A DNA stretch of 64,000 bases from Euryarchaeota archaeon UBA487 (GCA_002505695.1 DAVU01000009.1:820-64819), one strand, 5' to 3'. Shown: positions 26,545-35,857, counted from the stretch's first letter. Program-made: numbers and translations. Notes: generated by a model not told the origin, from the letters alone.

Positions 26545-26886
26545 CTAGATGCCACCGACTCTAAACCTCCGCTTGGCATATGCGTCATATGCAAAGTCCC
26601 TAATTGGCTTGGGCATAAGCAGACCGAGAGAGAGAATTGACCATGGGAACCTCATTTTCATGGCTATCTTCAGAGCAGCAGTTGATTTCGAGAACCAATG
26701 ACCTCGCTCATCGACTAGGAATACTGAATCCACCCCTTCTAGGTTGTCCGGTTTAGACTCCAGAATTTTCACGCCTTCCTGGGTTTCCTGTCCGACCAAT
26801 CTGATATTCCCTCTGGATCTTTTGCTGATGAAATTTGCCCATGCCGTGCAAAACTCACAGAAATTATCGTACAGGATGACGCTCAT
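26545..26886 (-). CDS. DCC-family thiol-disulfide oxidoreductase (DUF393)
   Basis: 113 aa. The N-terminal ILYDNFCEFCTAWANFI matches the YDGxCxxC signature of DCC1-like proteins. The gene starts 9 nt after the leuS stop. Confidence 0.6.
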   Translation of the reverse strand: MSVILYDNFCEFCTAWANFISKRSRGNIRLVGQETQEGVKILESKPDNLEGVDSVFLVDERGHWFSKSTAALKIAMKMRFPWSILSLGLLMPKPIRDFAYDAYAKRRFRVGGI

Positions 26887-26895
26887 ACTTCTCCC

Positions 26896-29751
26896 TCAGA
26901 TGAAAGCCAAACCCGGTTCTAATGGTAATGCAAAACCAGCCTTCCCACCGACGTCCTCTCCTGATCCTGCCTCATAAACCTCAACTTGATTTATTCCAAG
27001 GCTTGTGGCAATGAACTGACGATTATTCTCGAGTATGTGGATTTCCTTATCAGGTATCGACACCAGTGCCTTTTCCTCATCGCTCCATGTCTGAATCTTA
27101 CCCCGTTTCTTCTTTGACCCTCTTGTGATTGTGGACCACATCTGCATGACTTGTCCTTTGTTCTCCGATGATGTGAAAAGAGTGTGCGACTTTATGTGGT
27201 CCATGCCATGTTCGTGAAAGTTGAAATCCTGTCTGGACAGGGAGACGGCTTCAAAGGCGAGTTCTTGGGCCCATGAGGCTGCTGTTTGTATCACCATGTT
27301 CTGAAGTGGTGAGTCCGAATGTTTCTGAGCCAATGTCAATAGATTACGTGATGTGTCAATGACTGATTTGAGATAATTTTCTTCTGCAACTAGTGTCTTA
27401 TCGTTTAATTTGGCACCAGTTGGATTGAGTTCCTTTGTGGAAAGCATGTCATGACCACCGATTTTCATCCAAAGCTCCTCTGCGATGTGTGGTGTGACAG
27501 GCGCGATCATCTGGGCCCACATCGACATGTAACTCAACGCTGAATCTCTATCATCACCGCCTCTCCTGATGTACCATTGCCAATCAGACAGCATCTCGAA
27601 ATGGCTAATCATCACACCTTCCCTCAGACTTACATTTTCCATTGATGCGATCCATCTGTCCATGTTAATCCTCCCCTTCGCTAGAAGCCAGTCGTCAATC
27701 TCCCCCTCTGATTTCTTCATGCTAAGTGATGCCTCAAATGCGTCAATGATGCTTACCAAATGACGATGGTTGGAGTCTATTGCTGTGTCTGACCATTCCA
27801 TACCTGCCTCTGGATTTGCCCCGAAAAGTATGAACAGGCGTACAGTGTCAGCACCGTATTTCTCCACCATTTCACCGGGGCTGACAGTGTTGCCCAATGA
27901 TTTGCTCATCTTTGCGGATCTTGTTCCCAAGGTATCACCACAACTTGGGCATGGCTGGCTTTCAAAGTCAACGTGATACTCCGCATTGCACGAGCTGCAG
28001 TATGGGGCCGGTGCGTTCAGCATCCCCTGGCAGACTAGTCTACCGAACGGCTCCCCAACAGAGTTCATTTCCATGTCCCGAGTCGCCTTGGTGAAGAATC
28101 GCGCGTATAGCAAGTGCATGACAGCGTGCTCAATACCACCAATGTAGAGGTCGACGCCGCCCTCCATCCAATAATCAACTGACTTTCTTGAAAACGGAAG
28201 TTCTGAGTTATCAGCATCACAGAATCTCATGAAGTACCAGGAGGAGTCGTAGAACGTATCCATAGTATCTGTCTCGCGTCTGGCTTCATTGCCGCATTCT
28301 GGGCACTTCACCTTGCAAAATTTCTCGTGGCTGGCTAGAGGGTTTCCACCCTGGTCTTCTGTGAATGTCAGGTCCAAAGGCAAAGTAACGGGGAGGTCCT
28401 CCCTAGGAACCGGAACGGTCCCACATGACTCGCAATGGATCATTGGAATCGGAGTGCCCCAGAATCTCTGCCTGCTCAAAAGCCAATCCCTTAGCCGATA
28501 TTGTGTCGTCCCGACCCCTGATCCTTCCCGTTCCAACAATGAAATTACTGCAGATTTGGCCTCTTCACCGACCAAGCCGTCCAAACCTGGTTTGGATGAG
28601 CCGATCATCGATCCATACCCCGTAAAGGCTGATTTCGGCTCGACAACTTCACACTCATCTGAGTCATTCTGGAGGACAGTTCGTATCTCTAGACCGTACT
28701 TTTTGGCGAATTCGAAATCCCTTTCGTCATGCCCGGGGACTGCCATCACAGCTCCTGTTCCATAGCCTGCGACTACGAAGTTCCCAGCATAGATTGGAAT
28801 CCTCTCTCCATTCATCGGATTCAATGCATATCTGCCAAGAAAAACACCCTTCTTTTCCTTGAGTAAGTTAATTCGCTCAAATTCAGAAAGCTTGGCGCAT
28901 TCGTCCCGAAGTTCAATCCACCCATGTTCCCAATCAGATCCACCGCAAAGGATTGGGCATAGTTTGTGTTCTGGGGACAGAGTGAGAAAGGTGACTCCAA
29001 AGATTGTGTCTGGCCGGGTTGTGAAACAGGCTATCTCCTCGTCACTATTCTCGACTGGAAATCGAATCTCGGCGCCTATGGACCTGCCTATCCAATTCCT
29101 CTGCATCGACTTCACGTTTTCTGGGAATACTATCTCATCCAAGGATTCGAGTAGCTCGTCGGAGTACTCGGTCATGCGCAGGAACCATTGAGACATGTCT
29201 CGTTGAACCACCTCCAATCCACATCTCCAACATCTGTTGTTCTTGACCTGCTCATTTGCCAGGACTGTGTCGCAATCGACGCACCAATTCACCGGAGCAG
29301 ACCTCCTCTCGACCAGTCCTTTGTCATGAAAGTCGAGGAACATCGATTGGTTCCATTTGTAGTATCCAACATCCGATGTGGCGAATTGTCGCCCCCAGTC
29401 GTAGGAGTACCCCATCCTCCTCTGGTCCGACTTAATGCTGGAAATGTTGCGGGCAGTCACGTCTTCTGGGTGTCCTTGTTCCTTCTTTGCAGCGTTCTCA
29501 GCGGGCATTCCAAATGAGTCATAGCCCATCGGATAAAGCACGTTCTTGCCCATCATTCTCTGGAATCTGGCCATCGCGTCCCCGATAGAGTAGTTTCGTA
29601 CATGACCCATGTGCATGTTACCGGACGGGTAGGGGAACATCTCTAGGCAGTAGAACTTAGGCTTGGTATGGTCAACCTCGGCCTGAAACACGTTTTTGCT
29701 GTCCCAGATCTCTTGCCATCGGAGTTCGATTTCAGTATGGTCGTACCTCAT
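26896..29751 (-). CDS. leuS: leucyl-tRNA synthetase, bacterial type
   Basis: 951 aa. Motifs include FYCLEMFPYPSGNMHMGHVRNYSIGD (HIGH region), VNWCVDCDTVLANEQV...CWRCG, MQRNWIGRS and KMSKSLGN. The N-terminal half is near-collinear with E. coli LeuS, unlike Pyrococcus-type LeuRS. Confidence 0.95.
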   Translation of the reverse strand: MRYDHTEIELRWQEIWDSKNVFQAEVDHTKPKFYCLEMFPYPSGNMHMGHVRNYSIGDAMARFQRMMGKNVLYPMGYDSFGMPAENAAKKEQGHPEDVTARNISSIKSDQRRMGYSYDWGRQFATSDVGYYKWNQSMFLDFHDKGLVERRSAPVNWCVDCDTVLANEQVKNNRCWRCGLEVVQRDMSQWFLRMTEYSDELLESLDEIVFPENVKSMQRNWIGRSIGAEIRFPVENSDEEIACFTTRPDTIFGVTFLTLSPEHKLCPILCGGSDWEHGWIELRDECAKLSEFERINLLKEKKGVFLGRYALNPMNGERIPIYAGNFVVAGYGTGAVMAVPGHDERDFEFAKKYGLEIRTVLQNDSDECEVVEPKSAFTGYGSMIGSSKPGLDGLVGEEAKSAVISLLEREGSGVGTTQYRLRDWLLSRQRFWGTPIPMIHCESCGTVPVPREDLPVTLPLDLTFTEDQGGNPLASHEKFCKVKCPECGNEARRETDTMDTFYDSSWYFMRFCDADNSELPFSRKSVDYWMEGGVDLYIGGIEHAVMHLLYARFFTKATRDMEMNSVGEPFGRLVCQGMLNAPAPYCSSCNAEYHVDFESQPCPSCGDTLGTRSAKMSKSLGNTVSPGEMVEKYGADTVRLFILFGANPEAGMEWSDTAIDSNHRHLVSIIDAFEASLSMKKSEGEIDDWLLAKGRINMDRWIASMENVSLREGVMISHFEMLSDWQWYIRRGGDDRDSALSYMSMWAQMIAPVTPHIAEELWMKIGGHDMLSTKELNPTGAKLNDKTLVAEENYLKSVIDTSRNLLTLAQKHSDSPLQNMVIQTAASWAQELAFEAVSLSRQDFNFHEHGMDHIKSHTLFTSSENKGQVMQMWSTITRGSKKKRGKIQTWSDEEKALVSIPDKEIHILENNRQFIATSLGINQVEVYEAGSGEDVGGKAGFALPLEPGLAFI

Positions 29752-29817
29752 CGTATGCCTCCTTCGTGTCTGCGATCACAGGTCACCTCTTTGAGGTGCC
29801 GTCGGTACGGAGGGGTC

Positions 29818-30522
29818 ATGTTGGGAGATGGAGAGTTCGACAAGCTGGTGCTAAATGACGGCATAGAGGTCTGGGTGACTCTAATGGGGCCCTACTTGAA
29901 CATGAACACGGCGTTTATCGATAGGAGTGCGAATGTCGTCGCAATAGTTGATCCATTCGACGCCTCAAGATGGAGAGAAGCGCTTTTCGAGGATGGATTG
30001 GAGCCCACCCACCTACTCTACACTCATACCCACAGGGACCATGCGTCAGGCTACCAAGAGATGACCAGATTGTTCCCTAATCTTGAGGTCTGGGGGCATG
30101 AGGACGCTCGTGTCCCACACTTGCTAGCCCACCCAGTCTTTGAGAGGGTTGACTTCACCGACTCGTGGGGCCATCCACCGTTTGAGGGGGTTGAATGGAA
30201 GGCAGGGGGAGTTAGCCTGACGATCACCCACACCCCGGGTCATGCACCGGGCCACGTCACGATTCATGGGCATGGAGTATTTCACGCGGGTGACCTGCTC
30301 TTCACCAACGGGATGGGCAGGGTCGACCTACCTGGATCAGATCCTGAATTGCAATTCAGGAGCATCCGTAAAGGGAAGCAGATACTCGAGACCCTCCCCG
30401 GGAATTGGCGGATGATTCCGGGGCATAGATATGATTGGATAGACGGAACCACTCCCGATTGGGTCAGCATCGATGAGGTGCTTCGCCACAACTATGCACT
30501 CAAATCGATTGCGAGCCAGTGA
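29818..30522 (+). CDS. MBL-fold metallo-hydrolase (glyoxalase II-like)
   Basis: ORF 29668 trimmed to ATG 29818, because the upstream part overlaps the leuS 5' end. It carries the HxHxDH motif THTHRDHASG, plus TPGHAPGH and HAGD. Confidence 0.8.
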   Translation: MLGDGEFDKLVLNDGIEVWVTLMGPYLNMNTAFIDRSANVVAIVDPFDASRWREALFEDGLEPTHLLYTHTHRDHASGYQEMTRLFPNLEVWGHEDARVPHLLAHPVFERVDFTDSWGHPPFEGVEWKAGGVSLTITHTPGHAPGHVTIHGHGVFHAGDLLFTNGMGRVDLPGSDPELQFRSIRKGKQILETLPGNWRMIPGHRYDWIDGTTPDWVSIDEVLRHNYALKSIASQ

Positions 30523-30714
30523 TCACTCGGTCTTCGATACCTTAACCGCGTTGAGTCCCTTTGGACCCTCTTCGACCTCGAACTCCACGGAGTCTCCATC
30601 GCGGATTGTGCCATCTACCTCTGAGATGTGAACAAAGAGGTCGTCCGCCCCCTCTCTTTCGATAAACCCATACCCTTTTTTCTGATTGAACCACTTTACA
30701 GTTCCCTGCTCCAT
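30523..30714 (-). CDS. cold-shock protein (CspA family, OB fold)
   Basis: 63 aa. [30 protein letters not shown] contains the RNP1/RNP2-like motifs. Confidence 0.9.
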   Translation of the reverse strand: MEQGTVKWFNQKKGYGFIEREGADDLFVHISEVDGTIRDGDSVEFEVEEGPKGLNAVKVSKTE

Positions 30715-30854
30715 GATACGTCCTGAGAATCCCTAGTTATTCATCTTGGCCATCTGAGGATCTCTCAAAAAGTGATTTTGTTTCGTAGCTGCACGTGAAT
30801 TTATTCAACTCACAAAGAGGTAATTTAATCTTATTAGATGTAACAAGAAGGGGC

Positions 30855-31877
30855 ATGGGGAGGGTCTCAGCGACGGCATTCTCATTGATTCTGCTTTGCT
30901 CCATCCTGACCGGTTGCCTGTCAAGCAATGAGGGAAGCCGAAATGATGACCAAGAACAAAAGGATATTGGGAACAATGAATATTACGAGAGTGAAGGCTT
31001 TTTTTGTGTGGATCATGGAGGATTAGAGCGATGTTGGCAGCAACACGTACCCGAGGGCTTGGACGCTGATACGCCTGTCCCACTCTTGGTTGACATGCAT
31101 GGCTATTCTTCAGACTCAACCAACCACAAAAAGCTGTCTTCCTTCGATAAGATAGCTGACGACCACGGTGCCATTGTCGTCTATCCCGATGGTGTCCTTG
31201 GACGCAACCTACCGACTGACCTACAGGAAAATCAGGCATGGAACGCTGGATGGTGTTGTGCACACTCTGCGAAAGACCACGTTGACGATGTGGGCTTCAT
31301 CGAGAGGGTGGTGAACTTTACTTTGGGCATGCACAATGTCGACTCAGATAGGATCTATGCTTCTGGGTGGTCGAACGGATGTGCCATGGCGCAGAGGCTT
31401 GCAATGGAGTTGAGCCACACCTTTGCTGCGGTGGGCTGCATGGCATTCTATCTACTGACTGATCCAATTGAGCGCTACTCACCGATTCCGATAATGGAGG
31501 TTCACGGATTCTTAGATCAAATTGTTCTGTACGAATCAAGTATCCTCAGCGTCCCATTCAGCGAAAACATGTGGACAGAACCGGAAGCTTACGAGACTGG
31601 TGCTATCGAGAACATGGTCGAATGGGCCGAGCACAATGACTGCTCGGGGGATCCCGAAACCTTCGAACTGAATGCACTTTACTCGATACAGGGCTTTGAT
31701 GAATGCGAAAACAACGCTACTGTCCGATTGATGACTATTTTCGCCGCTCAACACAATCCATATTCCAATGACAATGAGGATGGGACGCTCGTTGGCAGTG
31801 CTTTCATCGGAACGCAGGGGCTTGTTGAATCTAGCGAGATTGTATGGGACTTCCTAATCCAACACAACAAGGATTGA
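30855..31877 (+). CDS. secreted PHB-depolymerase-family (LpqC-like) esterase, probable lipoprotein
   Basis: ORF 30795 trimmed to ATG 30855. It has a signal peptide with the lipobox-like LTGC. Motifs include LLVDMHGYSSDS, AWNAGWCC...VDDVGFI and a nucleophile elbow, GWSNG. Confidence 0.6.
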   Translation: MGRVSATAFSLILLCSILTGCLSSNEGSRNDDQEQKDIGNNEYYESEGFFCVDHGGLERCWQQHVPEGLDADTPVPLLVDMHGYSSDSTNHKKLSSFDKIADDHGAIVVYPDGVLGRNLPTDLQENQAWNAGWCCAHSAKDHVDDVGFIERVVNFTLGMHNVDSDRIYASGWSNGCAMAQRLAMELSHTFAAVGCMAFYLLTDPIERYSPIPIMEVHGFLDQIVLYESSILSVPFSENMWTEPEAYETGAIENMVEWAEHNDCSGDPETFELNALYSIQGFDECENNATVRLMTIFAAQHNPYSNDNEDGTLVGSAFIGTQGLVESSEIVWDFLIQHNKD

Positions 31878-32100
31878 CCGTCTGTTGGGTCTTTGCAAAT
31901 TGTGTTGAAGTATACTTAGTTCAGACCGTTCCGTCAAGATATGGCAGGATAGTACAACCAGGTAAAAAACGGTAACAAAAAGGAGCATGATAATCCTAGC
32001 AAATTGGCGCATTGTTGTGGGGAATCGGATTATCATGGTAATATTCCTCCGGCAAATCTTCACATAAACATAATACGACGTCCTATTTTGTAAGAAACCT

Positions 32101-32643
32101 ATGAGTAGACTGTCCGTAGGAGATATTATGCCTGTATTTTCCCTACCGGCCTTAGATGGGAGCCAATTCGACCTCTCTGCTGTGAGGGGTAAGAGGGTAA
32201 TTTTCACTTTCTTCAGATTCTCGAGTTGTCCGTTTTGCAACGTGAGGATAGATCGGATTGTCAAGAGGTGGGATGAGTTTGCAGACGACACGGTAATGGT
32301 CGGAGTTTTCGACGCTGACATAGGTGATCTTCGCAAGCGCATGGGAGAACGGGGCATCCCGTTCACAATATTGGCAGATGGGGATTATGAATTGTTTACT
32401 CGTCATGGCGTGGAGAAGTCCTTCCTCAGATTCGTGTGGGGAGCCCTCAGATCCCCCCTGACATTCTCACGCGCAATGCTAAAGGGATATTTTCCTGTGA
32501 CGCTGTCGATCTCAAAGATGTCTACCATCCCGGTGGACATTCTCATTGGGGAAGATGGGAAGATCGTGGAGGCGCATTATTGTCAGGACACAGCCGACCA
32601 TTTACCGGTGGACAGGCTTATCCGTTTCTCAAAAGGCGAATGA
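32101..32643 (+). CDS. AhpC/TSA (peroxiredoxin-like) thioredoxin-fold protein
   Basis: 180 aa. GDIMPVFSLPALDGSQFDLSAVRGKRVIFTFFRFSSCPFCN shows a redoxin layout with CPFC. Confidence 0.55.
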   Translation: MSRLSVGDIMPVFSLPALDGSQFDLSAVRGKRVIFTFFRFSSCPFCNVRIDRIVKRWDEFADDTVMVGVFDADIGDLRKRMGERGIPFTILADGDYELFTRHGVEKSFLRFVWGALRSPLTFSRAMLKGYFPVTLSISKMSTIPVDILIGEDGKIVEAHYCQDTADHLPVDRLIRFSKGE

Positions 32644-32645
32644 TC

Positions 32646-33134
32646 CTACCCTTTTCGTGTTCTTACCCTAGTCAAGACGTACCAAACTCCGATTATCCCT
32701 ACGATGAGGATCGTCGAGGCCCCATAGCCCGGATCAGCACCGTTCCAAGTCTGGGGGTCAAACAGGCTCCCATCGCCCCTCGTTGAAACAGCCCAAACAC
32801 CATAGGAAGAGAGTAATGTCATTGTAGTGATGGTCAATGCTATTGCCGTCTTTGCGTGTCCAGGAATCGTTTTTCCAGTAGCGTAGTACTGAAACAAGGC
32901 GGCTCCAAAAAATCGGTTTGTCAGGCTCCACCTGAATAATCTAGGGCTGGATAGGGAGAATAGGAAGGCTGCAGGAACGGCCCATGATACCGTGGGCCAG
33001 CCCGGAATCCAGATACCCGCTATGGCAAACACAACGAACATGCTTCCCAAGCCAATGTACAACTTACTCTTGAATGAGGAGTTCTCTACCGAGTATCTGT
33101 CGACGATTTCATCGACGGATTGCAGTGGCTCCAT
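32646..33134 (-). CDS. DUF454 (YbaN-like) inner membrane protein
   Basis: 162 aa. IAGIWIPGWPTVSWAVPAAFLFSLSSPRLFRWSLTNRFFG resembles the YbaN signature. There are about 4 TM segments. Confidence 0.55.
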   Translation of the reverse strand: MEPLQSVDEIVDRYSVENSSFKSKLYIGLGSMFVVFAIAGIWIPGWPTVSWAVPAAFLFSLSSPRLFRWSLTNRFFGAALFQYYATGKTIPGHAKTAIALTITTMTLLSSYGVWAVSTRGDGSLFDPQTWNGADPGYGASTILIVGIIGVWYVLTRVRTRKG

Positions 33135-33182
33135 GATTGGTCGGGCGTATATTTGATCATAAAATACAATCTATGAACCGTG

Positions 33183-33192
33183 GATATTTGAT
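33183..33192 (+). promoter_or_regulatory. TATA-like box upstream of purN (one of two ATATTTGAT copies)
   Basis: GATATTTGAT lies 22-31 nt upstream of the purN ATG (33214). An identical ATATTTGAT is at 33149..33157 in the same divergent intergenic region. Confidence 0.3.
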
Positions 33193-33213
33193 GAGTGACC
33201 TCCTCGAGCGGAC

Positions 33214-33867
33214 ATGGAAGGCTCATTCACCCTGCCACGTGAGGGTTCAACCAGCGATCCCCTGAGAATTGCGGTTTTGATTTCCGGCGGAGGATCGGGC
33301 CTTGCGTCCATACTCTCGTATGAATCACTTGGACCCCGATTTTTCCACACTGTTTTGGTCTTGGCCGATTCGGATGAAGCTGGTGGTTTGGACCACGCCA
33401 GAAAGGCGGGGATAGATTCTATTGGAATCCCGCTGCCAAGAATAGCAAACAAAAAGGAACAACGTCTGAAACACGAAGACCTAGTTCATGAACAACTAGA
33501 GAAGTACGATACAGAACTAATTGCCCTTGCAGGGTACATGAGGATATTTACGCCTGTTTTCGTTGCAAAATGGAAAGGGCGGTTGATCAATATACACCCG
33601 TCATTACTTCCAAAATACCCCGGTGCTCACGCTCATCGGGACGCTCTGGCCGATGGGGCAGTTATCTCTGGGTGCACAGTTCATTTTGTGGACGAGGGGG
33701 TCGATACTGGTCGAATTATTACACAATCCGAAGTCCCCGTTCTTACGGGCGACAACATTGGTGATCTTCAAAATAGGGTAAAAGCGGCCGAGCACGCATT
33801 GTACCCTAAGACCATTGATGCAATCGCCAAGAATCCGGGTTTATTCATAGATCGCCAGGATGGTTGA
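33214..33867 (+). CDS. purN: phosphoribosylglycinamide formyltransferase
   Basis: 217 aa. Motifs are RIAVLISGGGSGL, INIHPSLLPKYPGAHAH and GCTVHFVDEGVDTGRII. Confidence 0.85.
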   Translation: MEGSFTLPREGSTSDPLRIAVLISGGGSGLASILSYESLGPRFFHTVLVLADSDEAGGLDHARKAGIDSIGIPLPRIANKKEQRLKHEDLVHEQLEKYDTELIALAGYMRIFTPVFVAKWKGRLINIHPSLLPKYPGAHAHRDALADGAVISGCTVHFVDEGVDTGRIITQSEVPVLTGDNIGDLQNRVKAAEHALYPKTIDAIAKNPGLFIDRQDG

Positions 33868-34405
33868 TATTCCCAAGTCCCAGTCCCTCACAATCCACAG
33901 CCCTCCACCTCATCCGCTGAATCTGCTGCTTCAAGGGGCCCGCCATGGGACTGAGTACTCCAGATAGTGCATCGACCCTTAACAAAGCGTGCAGGGGGTG
34001 AATGATTTCATCTCGGGGGACTACGACATCCACATTGTTGGCCAGATTCATACGTAGGCTTTGGTACAGTTCCTTCCTCAACCATGGTGAATCGATAGGG
34101 GAGATTTGGAGTGGCTCGTTGGGATCCAATATATCGTCAGACATACCCTTGAGTAAGGCCTCAATCATCCCAGAATGGGGGACATTGTCTCTACGCCACA
34201 CCACCCTATGAGCCAATTCCCCAGCACTGGACTTCTGTCTAGATTCCTGAACTTCATCAGAAGCCATTACTAGTATTACAGAATGGCCAGAGTCGATTAG
34301 TCTCTCCAAGGTAATTCTGATCAGGGACTTTCCGTCTATTTTGATGAGTGACTTGTCACGACCCATTCTAGACGATCGACCACCTGCAAGAACCAGGGCC
34401 TGCAT
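33845..34405 (-). CDS. mobA: MobA-like molybdenum cofactor guanylyltransferase / NTP-transferase
   Basis: ORF trimmed to ATG 34405 (MQALVLAGGRSSRMGRDKSLIKIDG). The C-terminal NINHPGDL resembles MobA N(T)PED(L). The gene overlaps the purN 3' end by 23 nt (convergent). Confidence 0.6.
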   Translation of the reverse strand: MQALVLAGGRSSRMGRDKSLIKIDGKSLIRITLERLIDSGHSVILVMASDEVQESRQKSSAGELAHRVVWRRDNVPHSGMIEALLKGMSDDILDPNEPLQISPIDSPWLRKELYQSLRMNLANNVDVVVPRDEIIHPLHALLRVDALSGVLSPMAGPLKQQIQRMRWRAVDCEGLGLGNINHPGDL

Positions 34406-34409
34406 GATC

Positions 34410-34619
34410 TCACCGAAGCTCGTCAAGCCTCCTGATCGAACGGAGCATCTCATCAATCAGTTCCTTGGCTGTTGACATCAAAACCATCCTGTCCCTTCTC
34501 CCATTTGTTTGCTCGAGCCAGTGCATTATCTGAGCGACATCCCGGGCATCCTTGGCAATCGTCCATTCAAGCACCTCCTCTGCAACTGGGTCATCCGAAG
34601 GCAGTAATCTGTCTGACAC
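34410..34619 (-). CDS. hypothetical small helical protein
   Basis: 69 aa with a GTG start. It sits between two same-strand genes with 4-26-nt gaps. No motif recognised. Confidence 0.3.
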   Translation of the reverse strand: MSDRLLPSDDPVAEEVLEWTIAKDARDVAQIMHWLEQTNGRRDRMVLMSTAKELIDEMLRSIRRLDELR

Positions 34620-34645
34620 TACTTTACGCCAGTGATAACAGGTGA

Positions 34646-35287
34646 TTAGACTTGATCCCTGTTGAGAATCCGATCTCTTACTCTTATCACTAGTTCTGGG
34701 GCCTGTTTGTAATCACTAGCAGCCGTGAGTTCCAATTCTTTGGGTGTTGGGTCTCTTCCTCTCATCTTTGATGCATGGATACAAAGCAAGGACAAGGTTT
34801 GCATGACACCACCTTGTTCTAGCCAGGAGCAAAGCCTCCCCTCATCAGGGCACATGCGTCCAGATCTGAGAATTTCCTCGACGCACATTAGCAATCCTTC
34901 GATTGGCTCCCTAGGTCGAACGAGGTCCTCCAATATTCGCCAAGGGCTTGTACCCATTCTTGCATGGTCTATGTTTGCCAATAGCAACGCTGCCATCGCC
35001 AAATCTTCTCTACCATGTCTGTTCCACAGCAGAGGCAAGATCGATGCAAGTACTTCGGGGGTTTCGGAATTCTTTGTAATAAGCCAAGATGCGATTCTTC
35101 TCAGTGAGGCATCCGGCGTCCCTAGGAAAAACGAGTAATCGCCATCAACAGAGAGCCTGTCGGTGCTAGACTTCATTATCAGAGCCGGGACGTTGTATGT
35201 GTAAGCTTCCCGGAGTATCCTCGGTAGGGCTCTGACTGACTTTGCCTTCCTATCAGGTATGGATGATAGGTATTCATCCAAGGCCAT
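34646..35287 (-). CDS. hypothetical all-alpha (HEAT/ARM-like?) protein
   Basis: 213 aa with an ATG start and a helical repeat-like composition (LLWNRHGREDLAMAALLLANI...). Any resemblance to DNA-alkylation-repair HEAT proteins is only suggestive. Confidence 0.4.
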   Translation of the reverse strand: MALDEYLSSIPDRKAKSVRALPRILREAYTYNVPALIMKSSTDRLSVDGDYSFFLGTPDASLRRIASWLITKNSETPEVLASILPLLWNRHGREDLAMAALLLANIDHARMGTSPWRILEDLVRPREPIEGLLMCVEEILRSGRMCPDEGRLCSWLEQGGVMQTLSLLCIHASKMRGRDPTPKELELTAASDYKQAPELVIRVRDRILNRDQV

Positions 35288-35296
35288 ATCGGAACC

Positions 35297-35761
35297 TCAT
35301 TTCCTGATCCTTAGTTTTTGGAGAGGGTCTGAAACGAGTTCTATTGCATCATCGATTGTAGTCCTTAGTTGGGCTGCAACATTGCGATGAACTACTTGTT
35401 CCAGATGTCGGTCCACACTCCTCACAAACTCACGATGCTCTGTCTCGTTGATGTCAAACACAGTGCGCATGTAGGACAGCAAGAGAGCTGTTTCGGGTGT
35501 GGGCTCGGAAATTGTGCAATAGGCCTCCAGTACTTGGCCATATACCATCAAGGCCTCAGATCTAGATATTTCTCTTCCGGAGTCGCTATCTCTTCCCTCG
35601 AGGATGTTGTCATAAATTTTCAATGGTAAACCTTCGGCCAATCTCAAAGCATGCGAAAGACGTGCTAGAATCCTCATTTCTTGATCGTCAAGATGACCAT
35701 CCTTCATTGCCAGAGTGGTCGCTCCTCGGAAGACCGATGTTGTGTCAATACCACTGTCCAC
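35297..35761 (-). CDS. hypothetical protein, TerB-like N-terminal region (tentative)
   Basis: 154 aa with a GTG start. AMKDGHLDDQEMRILARLSHAL resembles the aDG..d..E motif of TerB-like domains. Confidence 0.35.
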   Translation of the reverse strand: MDSGIDTTSVFRGATTLAMKDGHLDDQEMRILARLSHALRLAEGLPLKIYDNILEGRDSDSGREISRSEALMVYGQVLEAYCTISEPTPETALLLSYMRTVFDINETEHREFVRSVDRHLEQVVHRNVAAQLRTTIDDAIELVSDPLQKLRIRK

Positions 35762-35857
35762 GAGTAGTCAACCGAAGGAGTCAGATATGGATTTGACCCA
35801 TGGGCGAGTCTGAATTTATTTGGTGATTTTGAAGACTATTTTTGCAAAGTGTTCAAA

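Noticed and set aside
28289-29517. + strand ORFs of 110-158 aa inside leuS.
   Set aside because: They are antisense to a confidently identified LeuRS and have no motifs.
29668-29817. N-terminal 50-aa extension of the MBL hydrolase ORF.
   Set aside because: It overlaps the 5' end of leuS on the opposite strand and adds no MBL-fold sequence. The ATG at 29818 gives a normal-length protein.
31854-32366. 170-aa minus-strand ORF spanning the esterase/peroxiredoxin intergenic region, including a possible 60-aa single-TM ORF at 31854..32036.
   Set aside because: The upstream two-thirds is antisense to the peroxiredoxin-like gene, and the 3' end overlaps the esterase stop. No motif was found. A short real gene in the 223-nt gap cannot be excluded, but it is unsupported.
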